Positions 28,144 to 37,713 of a stretch of DNA of 64,000 nt are shown here, one piece after another. Under the pieces are notes generated by a model. The model was not told the DNA's origin, did not search any database, and was given only the letters and a program-made list of their open reading frames with translations. The DNA lies in contig JBBQTB010000008.1 of assembly GCA_038213375.1 (NCBI GenBank), positions 75,180-139,179 on the forward strand, written 5' to 3'. The position numbers and the translations under genes were made by a program. How positions within the stretch are numbered: position 1 is the stretch's first letter; the number at the start of each line of letters is the position of its first letter. This DNA is from Bacteroidales bacterium. Lineage in GTDB: Bacteria; Bacteroidota; Bacteroidia; Bacteroidales; JAAUTT01.

Positions 28144-29063
28144 ATGAAAGTAATCGTACCACCCATAAAAAGCCAAGGTATAAAAGCCAAGTTAGTTCCT
28201 TGGATTATGGAACTTGCCCCGAAAGTTAATGGCAAATGGATAGAACCATTCTTGGGAACTGGTGTTGTGGCATTTAATTCAGGGTATAAAAATGCAATTC
28301 TTAACGATACAAATCCGCATATCATAAATTTTTATAAAGGTGTTTCAACAAAAAAAAATTACAGCACCTTTAATGAAACAGTATCTTGAACAAGAAGGAG
28401 AACTTTTAAGTAAAGCCGATAATAAAGGTTACGAACATTATTTAAAAGTTAGGTCAGGTTCAACAGTGGAGAATTTTCGCCGTATGATTTCATTTTTCTT
28501 TCCCGTGCAGGTTTTAATGGAATGATGAGATTTGGAAGCAAAGGAAATTGGAACATTCCATTTTGCAAAAAGCCCGATAGATTCCAACAAGCATATACTA
28601 CGAAAATTACAAATCAAGTTTCGACAGTTTCGCAAATCATACAGCCTGAACCAAACTGGATATTTCTTAATAAATCTTTTGCAGACATCATTCCACTTGC
28701 CACAGAGAACGACATTATTTATTGCGACACACCATACTACGGCAGATACGTTGACTATTATAATGGCTGGACAGAATAAGACGAAGAACTTTTATTCAAC
28801 TTGCTTTCGGAAACTAAAGCAAAATTTATTCTTTCTTCATGGCATCATGACGATTGGCGACAAAATGAAATGATAGGAAAGATTTGGAGCAAATTCAATA
28901 TAGTTACCAAGGATCACTTTTATCATAATGGCGGAAGTATTGAGAATAGGCGAACATTATAGAAGCTCTTGTTTGCAATTTTGATACTGGCAGTTTTAAC
29001 CAACATAATCATGGATTGAAAGAGAAGCATAAGGTTGAACAATTCGAGGTACATTTTGATTAA
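28144..29063 (+). pseudogene. Dam-family (D12 class) N6-adenine DNA methyltransferase, multiply disrupted
   Basis: Fragments in three frames read [14 protein letters not shown]...[12 protein letters not shown], then SRAGFNGMMRFGSKGNWNIPF, then CDTPYYG (a degenerate DPPY). Lesions are a +1 in the A9 run 28350-28358, a 5-nt duplication at 28451-28460, an in-frame TAA at 28777-28779, and a late frame change near 28945-28962. Confidence 0.75.
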
Positions 29064-29130
29064 TAAAAAAGTCCTTTTATTCGGCGTAGCCTCCTGACTA
29101 CGCTCCTTTTAAACACCTTCAACTTGAATG

Positions 29131-30618
29131 TCAGTTATATTTAGCCTCCCTTTCTTTAGCCTCTTGGTCCCATTTCGGTATGATGTTCTTTAGAAAATCC
29201 TGCTTAGCCTCGTTGAGCTTGGGTATATCCAATCCAATAAGTATTTGCGCTTTTTCTTTTGTGGAGATATCAGGATAAGGGACTTCGCCTTCAACCCCAT
29301 GTTTCACGAGGATGCGTGACAGAAGAACTCTTGCCTCTTGCACCTGATTTATTCCATTGGCAATATTTCGAGATGTTTCGGTAGGTGAATGGAAGGAAGC
29401 ACCATGGCTGGCTGCTGTGTAATCCCAACGCCATTGAGCATGACGAATGAGCATCAAAACAGGCTGCATTTCCATTTCGGAAGCGCCTTTGTCCCAAGCT
29501 GTTTTTGCTTCGTAATGTGCACGAACCAACGCTACTTCAAGTTTGTTTCTGATTTCAAACACTTTGTCCTGTCGGTCATATACATTCTTTCTCAAAACTT
29601 CTTCGCTTTGGCGATGACAAACCTGGCAAGAGTTAGCCATGTTGTTCAACGGACTTTGAATACGATGGTCTGTAAACTTCTGTCCGCCTTCGCTCATGTA
29701 AGGCATGTGGCAATCGGCACACGAAACACCGCGTTGCGAATGAATGCCGGTTGTAAAAACTTCGTAATCGGGATGCTGAGCCTTAAGCATGGGCGTTTTG
29801 CTCAGTTGATGTGTCCAATCGGAAAATCCAGTCTGATCGTAATATTTTTCGATACTATCAGCTGTGAGGCCTTTGTCCCATGGAAATGTAAGATACTTGC
29901 CCTCCCCTTTAAAATAATATTCCACATGGCACTGTGCACATACCAGTGAGCGCATTTCCTGATGAGAAGCCTGTGTGATGTCTTTGCCCATTCGGGTAAA
30001 AGCTTCCACAAGAGCCGGACGGGAAATGCGGAGATTCATAGTTTTCGGATCGTGACAATCAGCACAGCCTATGTGGTTCACAATTTCAGATCCACGGGCA
30101 GCCCATTTGCCTTTATAAAATTCTGCAGGACCCATCTGGCTCATTAATCGCGGCACATCCGGACTCTTGCATGTCCAGCAAGTTGCGGGCTGAGGGCCAT
30201 CATGTGCATCTTTCGGCGCACCGGTTCGTAATGTTTCACGAACATCCTTTACCGCATAATAATGCCCGCGGCCTTGTTTGTATTCTTTCGAGAATGCATA
30301 GCCGGCCCACAAAATCACCATTCTTGGATCTTCGACAAGCATATCGATAGTGCCATTTCCATTGTACTTACTTCGAAAAGTAGTGTCGGCAGTGCGAAGG
30401 TAGCTCTGGTATTCCACAGGGTAATTTTGTCCCCATACCTGATTGCGCGGCTCGTATTCAGCAATTTTCACTTTGGGTGTAGAAACAAAAACTGCTTCGG
30501 CACGTCTTTCAACAATAGATGATGCCAGCAGTCCCAATAAAAAAACTAAAAACACTGTTACAAGGAATAAAACCCATCCTAACCAAGGTTTGCTTTTAAT
30601 TGTTTTGGTGATGTTCAT
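29131..30618 (-). CDS. nrfA: pentaheme cytochrome c nitrite reductase (ammonia-forming) NrfA
   Basis: Active-site CWTCK (Lys-ligated heme) plus four CxxCH motifs (CADCH, CAQCH, CADCH, CQVCH). N-terminal membrane anchor/signal. Confidence 0.9.
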   Translation of the reverse strand: MNITKTIKSKPWLGWVLFLVTVFLVFLLGLLASSIVERRAEAVFVSTPKVKIAEYEPRNQVWGQNYPVEYQSYLRTADTTFRSKYNGNGTIDMLVEDPRMVILWAGYAFSKEYKQGRGHYYAVKDVRETLRTGAPKDAHDGPQPATCWTCKSPDVPRLMSQMGPAEFYKGKWAARGSEIVNHIGCADCHDPKTMNLRISRPALVEAFTRMGKDITQASHQEMRSLVCAQCHVEYYFKGEGKYLTFPWDKGLTADSIEKYYDQTGFSDWTHQLSKTPMLKAQHPDYEVFTTGIHSQRGVSCADCHMPYMSEGGQKFTDHRIQSPLNNMANSCQVCHRQSEEVLRKNVYDRQDKVFEIRNKLEVALVRAHYEAKTAWDKGASEMEMQPVLMLIRHAQWRWDYTAASHGASFHSPTETSRNIANGINQVQEARVLLSRILVKHGVEGEVPYPDISTKEKAQILIGLDIPKLNEAKQDFLKNIIPKWDQEAKEREAKYN

Positions 30619-30641
30619 GATTTTTGTTGTTTGTTAGTTGT

Positions 30642-31220
30642 TTAATGGCTACTATCCAATAATTTTTTAATCCAATCAGGCACAGGGCTTTCAGGCAAAG
30701 GTACTCGGGCAAAGGGAACGCTCGAAAGACTGGATACTCTTCCGTGAGGTGTTTCACGGTGACATTCCCAGCATAACCGTTCTTCAGCATGTTGAAATTC
30801 TCCGGCAATTTTCTTCTGAGGTTCAAATAGTTTATTATGGCAACGTACACAATTTGCCTGAACCACCTGTATTCCCGCAGTTTTTATGTGAATTACCTGA
30901 GGTTCAGAGTGAAGTGTGAAAATAGTGGCATGCCTAAGTCCATCCTTGGCTTTAAAACTCCAATGCCTGAAGAAATTGTCCTGTGGAACATGGCAATCGT
31001 TGCAATTTGTTACTTCGCGATGTGAGCTATGAAACCATGTTGCATATTGAGGTGTCATTACATGGCAGTTGAGGCATGTTTTGGGAGAGTCCGACAAATA
31101 TGACCATGCCTTTGAGATATAGAACGAATAGAGAAAAAGCCCGGTAAATATTCCAAGGATCAATATTGCAGGTATTTTCCATCGATCAGATGGTATAAAC
31201 GCCTCTAAAAGCTTTTTCAT
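30642..31220 (-). CDS. nrfH: tetraheme NapC/NirT-family quinol dehydrogenase NrfH
   Basis: One TM helix and four CxxCH motifs (CLNCH, CNDCH, CVRCH, CWECH), directly upstream of nrfA. The ATG at 31220 (MKKLLEAF) is preferred over the track start at 31277. Confidence 0.85.
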   Translation of the reverse strand: MKKLLEAFIPSDRWKIPAILILGIFTGLFLYSFYISKAWSYLSDSPKTCLNCHVMTPQYATWFHSSHREVTNCNDCHVPQDNFFRHWSFKAKDGLRHATIFTLHSEPQVIHIKTAGIQVVQANCVRCHNKLFEPQKKIAGEFQHAEERLCWECHRETPHGRVSSLSSVPFARVPLPESPVPDWIKKLLDSSH

Positions 31221-31331
31221 TACTACGATGAGTTTGGAATTATTCTCAATGATACAAAAAATATGCGTGCATATCAATACCGTTAATTAATTTTTGGTTA
31301 CCAGTATTTCAGAATGGACAGATTATTCACT

Positions 31332-31646
31332 TCAATTACTAAATATTGCACGATAAATATGCATAAGCGCATACAAAGGATGATGTAGCATCATTAAAGG
31401 CCCTGAAAAACACATAATTGAGCGAACTTGTTCGCGTTTATCAAGTTTGTAGCATTGCGAAGGACATTTGGCGCATACAGGCTTATCATTTGCAAATCTG
31501 CATTTGTCAAGTCGATGCAAAGCGTATTGTTGTATTTCAATGCAGGATGTGCATAAAACTTTATTGCCATGTTTTTTTAGGCAATAAAGTTTTATCATTT
31601 TTGATACTATTGTTTTTTCTTCCTCAATGCGGTTTTGAAAAAACAT
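31332..31646 (-). CDS. nitrous-oxide-stimulated-promoter (YgbA-like) Cys-rich protein
   Basis: 104 aa with the Cys pattern C..C...C....C..C..C and a hydrophobic C-terminus, resembling the YgbA/NosP family as I recall it. Confidence 0.55.
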   Translation of the reverse strand: MFFQNRIEEEKTIVSKMIKLYCLKKHGNKVLCTSCIEIQQYALHRLDKCRFANDKPVCAKCPSQCYKLDKREQVRSIMCFSGPLMMLHHPLYALMHIYRAIFSN

Positions 31647-31647
31647 C

Positions 31648-31977
31648 TTACTTTTCTTTGATCATAATTAACATCATTTTAAACCGCTCGATGGCTTTTA
31701 AAGCATGAGGTATATTGGCAGGCATAATAATAGCTTCCCCTGCAATAAGGACATGTAGCTTTCCACCAATTTTTATTTCTGAGGTTCCATCGAGGATATG
31801 AACCATGGCATCAAATGGAGCTGTATGCTCCGAAAGCCCTTCTCCCTTTTCAAAAGCAAACAGGGTAACATTTCCGGTCTCCTTTTTCAATACTGCTTTA
31901 CTTACTACAGCCTGAGCCGAATACGACACTGATTCAGCTACCTGAAATTTTTCGCCTTTGTTTATTACTTGTTCCAT
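31648..31977 (-). CDS. cupin-domain protein
   Basis: 109 aa with beta-barrel motifs HTAPFDAMVHILDG...GEAIIMPANIPHAL. Confidence 0.6.
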   Translation of the reverse strand: MEQVINKGEKFQVAESVSYSAQAVVSKAVLKKETGNVTLFAFEKGEGLSEHTAPFDAMVHILDGTSEIKIGGKLHVLIAGEAIIMPANIPHALKAIERFKMMLIMIKEK

Positions 31978-32082
31978 TATTTTGAAGTTTTAGTTGATAA
32001 GTCAGGAGTTAGAAGAAAATAATATTCCCTTATAACTGCTAACACATTTTGCATTATTAATTTCACCTTTATACATACATTT

Positions 32083-33009
32083 TTATTTCACCCACTCTTC
32101 CAACAATATATCGCCTTGAATGCCAACAGTGATAGCTTTTACAGGAACTTTTCGGCTGGCTGCTTTTGATGCATTCAATACTAGTTGCAGAAGTCCTCCG
32201 CAGCAAGGTACTTCCATAATCATTACCGTAATGGTGTTAACCTTCGAGTCGTCGATTAAGTGGATCATTTTATCAAGATAAATGTCCTTGTTCGAATCTA
32301 ATTTCGGACAAGCGATGGCAAGCTTTTTGCCTTGAAGGAATTTGTTGTGAAAATTACCCAGCGAAAAAGCGACACAATCGGCTGCGATTAATAAATCGGC
32401 TCCCTGAAAGTGTGTCGCCAAAGGGTTGATTAAATGCATTTGAACCGGCCATTGTGTTAGTGCTGAAGGTAAATCAGCGCCAGATGCTTGTTGCATAGCC
32501 ACAGGGGCAAATGACCTGGTTTGTGATCCAGGGCAACCACCTGCTGAATGATGCTGAGCAATAGGAATTCCAAGTGAATGAATCGGTTTTGTCTCAGCTT
32601 TTTTATGCTGTGATCCTGCCTGAGTTTGATGAACCTCATCAATCACAGACAAAACGTCGAATGAGGCTTTTTCTTTATGTTGATTCAGAAACGTCACACC
32701 TTCTTTCAAATATCCAAATTCTCCATGTTCTTTTAGATGTTTCAAATGGGCAGTAACCACATTTTTCCCTTTTTGAATCATTTCTTCCATTACTTTTAAT
32801 TCATCGTATGCTTCCGCTTCCCGTTCTATTATTTCCAATGCACCTTCGGGACAGTGTCCCAGACACGCTCCTAATCCATCACACATTAAATCGCTAATCA
32901 AAACAGCTTTTCCATCAATAATTTGCAATGCCCCCTCATGGCAATTTGGCACACAAGCACCGCATCCATTGCATTTGTCTTCGTCTATTTTAATAATTTC
33001 CCGCTTCAT
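32083..33009 (-). CDS. 4Fe-4S dicluster-domain protein with a C-terminal Cys-containing domain
   Basis: Two ferredoxin motifs, CNGCGACVPNC and CDGLGACLGHC, and a C-terminal ...MEVPCCGGL. Confidence 0.7.
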   Translation of the reverse strand: MKREIIKIDEDKCNGCGACVPNCHEGALQIIDGKAVLISDLMCDGLGACLGHCPEGALEIIEREAEAYDELKVMEEMIQKGKNVVTAHLKHLKEHGEFGYLKEGVTFLNQHKEKASFDVLSVIDEVHQTQAGSQHKKAETKPIHSLGIPIAQHHSAGGCPGSQTRSFAPVAMQQASGADLPSALTQWPVQMHLINPLATHFQGADLLIAADCVAFSLGNFHNKFLQGKKLAIACPKLDSNKDIYLDKMIHLIDDSKVNTITVMIMEVPCCGGLLQLVLNASKAASRKVPVKAITVGIQGDILLEEWVK

Positions 33010-33110
33010 ATTTTATATCCTTTTATTCAACTATTTAAGTATTTCATTGCTTAATATATATTTTAAATCAAACCTTATTTAAGTATTATTTACTTATCTT
33101 TCTTCTTTAT

Positions 33111-33509
33111 TTAAAGGTACATACTGAGGGTTTGTCCTTTGAGGTACTGAATAAATTCTTCCGACATCTTATTTGAGATATTATTCATAATGCACTTATC
33201 GAAAGGGCAAACAGGAGTCTTAAAAACGCATTTTTCAATCTCAACTTTACCTTCAATTGATTCGTAAATATCGAGAAAAGTAATTTCGCTGGCATTCTTT
33301 TTAAGGAAGAAACCACCGGTAGGACCGCGTTGAGATGATACAAAGTTATCCTTCCCCAAACGCTGCATTACCTTTGCCACATGATGTTTGGAGGTACTAG
33401 TTGCTTCGGCTATTTTAATGACGTTAATTGACGAGCCCGACTTAGCAACCAGAACCATCGCATGAATTGCAATGGATGCAGCATCAGACAAATTGAATAT
33501 TTTCGACAT
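33111..33509 (-). CDS. Rrf2-family transcriptional regulator (NsrR/IscR-like)
   Basis: N-terminal wHTH (AIHAMVLVAKS...IAEATSTSKHHVAKVMQRL) and three clustered Cys (CVFKTPVCPFDKC). Confidence 0.8.
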   Translation of the reverse strand: MSKIFNLSDAASIAIHAMVLVAKSGSSINVIKIAEATSTSKHHVAKVMQRLGKDNFVSSQRGPTGGFFLKKNASEITFLDIYESIEGKVEIEKCVFKTPVCPFDKCIMNNISNKMSEEFIQYLKGQTLSMYL

Positions 33510-33648
33510 ATACTTATTTCGGTATTTAATTACTGCAAATATAAATTAAATATTATTATTCTATCTTTTTTGGTGAAATATAATGCAACTATCCATTCGA
33601 AACATTGTTTATTAACAACTTCCATGTTAAACTCAATTTTCAAAGCTA

Positions 33649-34044
33649 ATGGAATCGACCAAATATCTTTTTATTTATGGCACGCTTTTGCCCGAAATAT
33701 CCGGCAGGATGTCAAAGTGGTTGGCCAAGAACTCTGAGGTTATTTGTCATGGTTCAATTCCCGGCTATCTTTACCTCATATCAGATTATCCAGCTGCTAT
33801 TTATGATAATGAGACATCTGATTATGTACAAGGTTTGATTGTAGAATTACAAAATAAAGAAGATTGTTTTTCACTACTTGATGCCTATGAAGGCAAAGAA
33901 TACCTAAGAACGATAAATAATGTAACCGGGAAAGATTCAATAGAAAGGACTTGCTGGATGTATTTGTATAATCGCCCTATAAATAATTTGCAACTTATTT
34001 TAACAGGTAATTATGTGGAATTTGTAAAAACAAGAAAAAGTTGA
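33649..34044 (+). CDS. gamma-glutamylcyclotransferase-like (AIG2/GGACT fold) protein
   Basis: YLFIYGTLL N-terminal motif and LDAYEG. Confidence 0.55.
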   Translation: MESTKYLFIYGTLLPEISGRMSKWLAKNSEVICHGSIPGYLYLISDYPAAIYDNETSDYVQGLIVELQNKEDCFSLLDAYEGKEYLRTINNVTGKDSIERTCWMYLYNRPINNLQLILTGNYVEFVKTRKS

Positions 34045-34149
34045 TTGCATCATAAAGCCCGTATTTCACATTTCCACTTCTTTATATCCTCAAATTCCTT
34101 CACTTCTTTTTCGTATCATTGCGGTTTAAAATAATCAGTTTGTTACAAA

Positions 34150-34716
34150 ATGTTAGACCAAGACTTACATATACATACGATTTTTTCGACCGGTGATGGA
34201 GCTGTGGTTCCGCAACAAACGGTTTCCCTGATTGCCGAAGTAAAACATGCTAAAATTATCGGAATAAGTGATCATTTCGACTATTTAACAGGCAGCCGAT
34301 TTGAAGATTATCGCAATGAAGTGATGAAATATGGATTTTTGCTTGGAACCGAGGTTGATGGAAGCAATTGGGTTGACCAGGCAATAGAATATCCTTTTGA
34401 TTATTTTGTTTATCATTGCTATAACCAAACTCGCGATTATCAGGGTGCAGAGAAGCTTTTGTCAACAGGTAAGCCTGTTATTATAGCTCACCCACAGGCT
34501 CTCGATACAGATCTAAACAAAATATCTGTAAACTGTTATATAGAAATAAACAACCGTTATGTGTGGCGGTTCGATTGGCGTAAATACTACAAACCTTTTG
34601 TTGGAATTCACAAATTTATACTTGGGTCCGATGCTCATCAACCTAATTGGTTAAATCATACCCTCGCTCAGCATGCTGCCCATGAGCTTGGAGTAAAAAA
34701 TACCATTATTTTTTAG
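34150..34716 (+). CDS. PHP-domain metal-dependent phosphoesterase
   Basis: DLHIHTIFSTGDG, GISDHFDY and GSDAH metal-ligand motifs. Confidence 0.65.
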   Translation: MLDQDLHIHTIFSTGDGAVVPQQTVSLIAEVKHAKIIGISDHFDYLTGSRFEDYRNEVMKYGFLLGTEVDGSNWVDQAIEYPFDYFVYHCYNQTRDYQGAEKLLSTGKPVIIAHPQALDTDLNKISVNCYIEINNRYVWRFDWRKYYKPFVGIHKFILGSDAHQPNWLNHTLAQHAAHELGVKNTIIF

Positions 34717-34726
34717 CAGGTATAAA

Positions 34727-36163
34727 TTAGCTTAATTTTCGTTTCAAAAGTTCCGGTTTCTCCTTATAAAGATGTAATATTAATTCTCCGAAAATAGTAT
34801 TCGCCCATGCAAACCAGCTTCTTGAAAAATCTTTTGGATTATCTATATGAAACGATTCATGAATAAAGCCCGTTCCGGCATGAGTGTTCTTAAGTGTTGT
34901 TAAACAATAGATGATTTCATCGTCATTGTTGCTTGTTAAAGCTTGCATTACAAGTCCAAGAGGCCATATTTTACCCTCCCCTACATGAGGACCCCCAATT
35001 CCTTTCGCAAACTTACCCTCATTAAACCATGGATTATTGTGGCTAAGCGAAAACTTGCGTGAGTTCTTATAAACAGAATCCTCTTTCGTGCAATAACCCA
35101 GATATGGCAATGACAGGATGTTAGGTACATTGGCATCGTCCATGCACAAAGCGTTTCCAAATCCATCAATTTCCAGAGGGTAAATCTTCCCGGCTAATGG
35201 GTGTTCTACCATTGCATAATGCTTCAAAGCACCATCCACTTCATCGGCTAAATTCGCACATTCAACAGAAAATGTTGCATCACTCAATGTCTTACCAAAT
35301 ATTTCGCTTAGATGGCGAAGTGAAACAACCGCAAACATATTCGACGAAACCAGGTAGGGATAAAATGTAGAATCGTCGGAAGGGCGGAACATGGAATGAA
35401 TCAAACCGTTCTTCACCGTAGGATTGCCATACCCTCCTCCAAACTGGGAATCAGTTGGGTTTGCCGCATCACGTTGAAATTTATACGGACCTTTATTGGT
35501 TTTTCGTTGTTGCTCTTTAAAGGTATTAACAATAAGCTTCATAGCCTGTTGCCAGCTGCTATCAAAGGCTGATGCATCGCCGGTATTTTTCCAATATCCG
35601 TAAGCCAACCGAATGACGTAACAAAGCGAGTCGATTTCCCATTTGCGTTCATGCACACCAGGTTTCATGGTGGTATGATCTCCGACCCATTCGCTTTTCT
35701 TTTCAGGATCGTTGTAAAAAGCGTTGGCATAGGGATCGAGCAATACAAATTCAGCCTGTTTATTTATTACCCCTTTCAATAGATTTTTCAATTTTATGTC
35801 GCTGTTAGCAAGAGTCAGATAAGGCCAAACCTGTGCCGACGAATCGCGCAACCACATGGCATCGATATCTCCGGTAATGACGTATGTATAAGGCTTACCA
35901 TTTTTCTCCTCGTAAGTTACCGTTGTATCCAGCGTATTAGGAAAACAATTCTCGAACATCCATGCCAACTCTTCGTCAGCCATCACTTTTTTTATTTCCA
36001 GAATAGTATCTTCAACAGCTTTACTATTAAATCTGCGTTTGCTTACAACCGGACGCATGGAGTTAAAAGTGGTGATTGAATGATTCCCGAGTGAAGGAAT
36101 GCCAAAACTAATAGCTGTTGAGGCTAAACCGGTGATTTTTATAAAATTTCTTCGTGTAGACAT
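34727..36163 (-). CDS. GH125 exo-alpha-1,6-mannosidase family protein (Tat-type signal)
   Basis: STRRNFIKITGLAS twin-arginine-like signal. ITGDIDAMWLRDS and NPTDS..GYGNP motifs are typical of the DUF1237/GH125 family. Confidence 0.8.
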   Translation of the reverse strand: MSTRRNFIKITGLASTAISFGIPSLGNHSITTFNSMRPVVSKRRFNSKAVEDTILEIKKVMADEELAWMFENCFPNTLDTTVTYEEKNGKPYTYVITGDIDAMWLRDSSAQVWPYLTLANSDIKLKNLLKGVINKQAEFVLLDPYANAFYNDPEKKSEWVGDHTTMKPGVHERKWEIDSLCYVIRLAYGYWKNTGDASAFDSSWQQAMKLIVNTFKEQQRKTNKGPYKFQRDAANPTDSQFGGGYGNPTVKNGLIHSMFRPSDDSTFYPYLVSSNMFAVVSLRHLSEIFGKTLSDATFSVECANLADEVDGALKHYAMVEHPLAGKIYPLEIDGFGNALCMDDANVPNILSLPYLGYCTKEDSVYKNSRKFSLSHNNPWFNEGKFAKGIGGPHVGEGKIWPLGLVMQALTSNNDDEIIYCLTTLKNTHAGTGFIHESFHIDNPKDFSRSWFAWANTIFGELILHLYKEKPELLKRKLS

Positions 36164-36570
36164 GGTATATTTTTAAACTATTTTTATTTTATTAATAACT
36201 AAGTAGCTACAAATGCGATCAATACGCGGCTATGTAATCCTTTGGTAATAATTGAAGGTGAAATTAATGATTTTACGATTACTTTTAAAAAATGAATAAC
36301 CAGAACATATCAAAATTAATCATTCATCGTTATCTTTGATAAAAACCAACAAATAAAAATGATACGAAGGAACTTCAACTCACCGTTATTGGAAGCGTAT
36401 GTTTTTTAAAATAAATGTATATAGCGGGTTGCGTTATACAAAGGATTCTGTAGTCTTTAAGCTGAAATAAAAAACACCAAGTGCCGTCAAGCAGATGAAT
36501 CAGGGTAAGCAAGGTGTCTTGATATGCTTAATTATTATGGCCTCCAGCCGCAATTGAATGAGTCGGAAAG

Positions 36571-36608
36571 TTCAAAAAGATAGGCGCAGCATCACGCTGT
36601 GCCTATCT
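36571..36608 (-). terminator. intrinsic terminator of the GH5-like gene
   Basis: 13-bp stem AGATAGGCGCAGC / GCTGTGCCTATCT with one G-U pair and a 5-nt loop. It is followed on the minus strand by TTTTTGAA, about 30 nt after the stop at 36640. Confidence 0.65.
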
Positions 36609-36639
36609 TGAAGTGTTTTTTCTTTTCTACTACCTTTTG

Positions 36640-37713
36640 TTATTTCTTCCCCGTCAAACTCTTAATCAAGTCAACTTCTTCCTGTTTGTATGGAGTTCCG
36701 TTGGTATGGAAAATCTCGTGAAACCATAGTTTTGGATCAGAACCATCAGGTGTTGGTTCGTCCCAGGCATATTTTGTGTTTGTTTTGCCGGACACCAATC
36801 CCCAGTTGATGGCAGCAATGTTTTCCTTTTTCAGCATTGGCATGATATTATCGAACCGGCTACGGTGTTTACGAGCCATATATTCGGTGCAAATCAGCGG
36901 CTTACCTATCCTTTTTAATGTATCAATACATTGTTGGTGCAGTGTGTCATTCTGATAATTATGATAGGTAATAACATCGGAATTCTCAACCTGAAATTTA
37001 TTTAATTCACCAAGATTTAAGCTCCAAACACCAGCAGAAAGTGGCTGAGATGGATTAACCTCACGACCCCATTGAAACACTTTCTTTAATAATGGCAACG
37101 ATTTGTTACCATAGTTTGAATTGCCTGGTTCGTTATACAAATCCCAAAGAACAATACGTTTGTCGGACGAAAATGTGGTAAGAACGTCTTTTACATAACG
37201 CTCCAGTACTGTAATAATGGCACTATCGGTATGAATCAGATCGCCCGGGTCGCGTACCCAACCTGAATTGTGAATGCCGATTTTAGGAGCGGGTTGTGTG
37301 CCTGCCTTATAGGTTGGATTCCAACAATCGTCGAAAATACAGAACACAGTAGAAATGCCATGTTTATTGGCAATGGTGAGGTATTGGTTCATACGGTTTT
37401 TAAAACCGGCTGTGTCGTTTTGCCATGCCAAATGATGAAGATAAACTCGCATGACATTCAAACCAATGGATTCGGCCCAACCGAGTTCGCGGTTGATGGT
37501 GACCGTATCGAAGGTTTCGGCTTGCCACATTTCCAATTGGTTAATGGCAGTACTAGGAATGAAATCGCAGCCACGCAGCCAACCCCATTGCGGATACCAT
37601 GCATTGGCCTGATCTTTTGTCCATACTTCGCGAACTTTAGTTTCATTTTTGGGACTGCAATTAACCAGAATTAATGCCGCCAAAAACAGTGACACATAGA
37701 AATTTTTTTTCAT
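36640..37713 (-). CDS. clan GH-A (GH5-like) glycoside hydrolase lipoprotein
   Basis: Lipoprotein signal MKKNFYVSLFLAALILVNCS, acid/base motif WDLYNEPGNS, and a TIM-barrel-like pattern. The ATG at 37713 is preferred over the track start at 37761. Confidence 0.7.
   Translation of the reverse strand: MKKNFYVSLFLAALILVNCSPKNETKVREVWTKDQANAWYPQWGWLRGCDFIPSTAINQLEMWQAETFDTVTINRELGWAESIGLNVMRVYLHHLAWQNDTAGFKNRMNQYLTIANKHGISTVFCIFDDCWNPTYKAGTQPAPKIGIHNSGWVRDPGDLIHTDSAIITVLERYVKDVLTTFSSDKRIVLWDLYNEPGNSNYGNKSLPLLKKVFQWGREVNPSQPLSAGVWSLNLGELNKFQVENSDVITYHNYQNDTLHQQCIDTLKRIGKPLICTEYMARKHRSRFDNIMPMLKKENIAAINWGLVSGKTNTKYAWDEPTPDGSDPKLWFHEIFHTNGTPYKQEEVDLIKSLTGKK

Noticed and set aside
28532-28873. 113-aa track ORF (MEAKEIGTFHFAKSPIDSNKH...) within the dam-like region.
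   Set aside because: It is an alternative frame of the decayed methylase. The methylase-like motifs (NGMMRFGSKGNWNIPF, CDTPYYG) are in the overlapping frame 28522..28779.
23767-29063. Search for hsdR or any restriction endonuclease or novel defence gene in the islet.
   Set aside because: All sizeable ORFs are accounted for (HsdM-like, RhuM, hsdS fragments, GxxExxY, dam fragments). No helicase or nuclease-sized ORF is present, so there is no basis to claim an active or novel defence system here.
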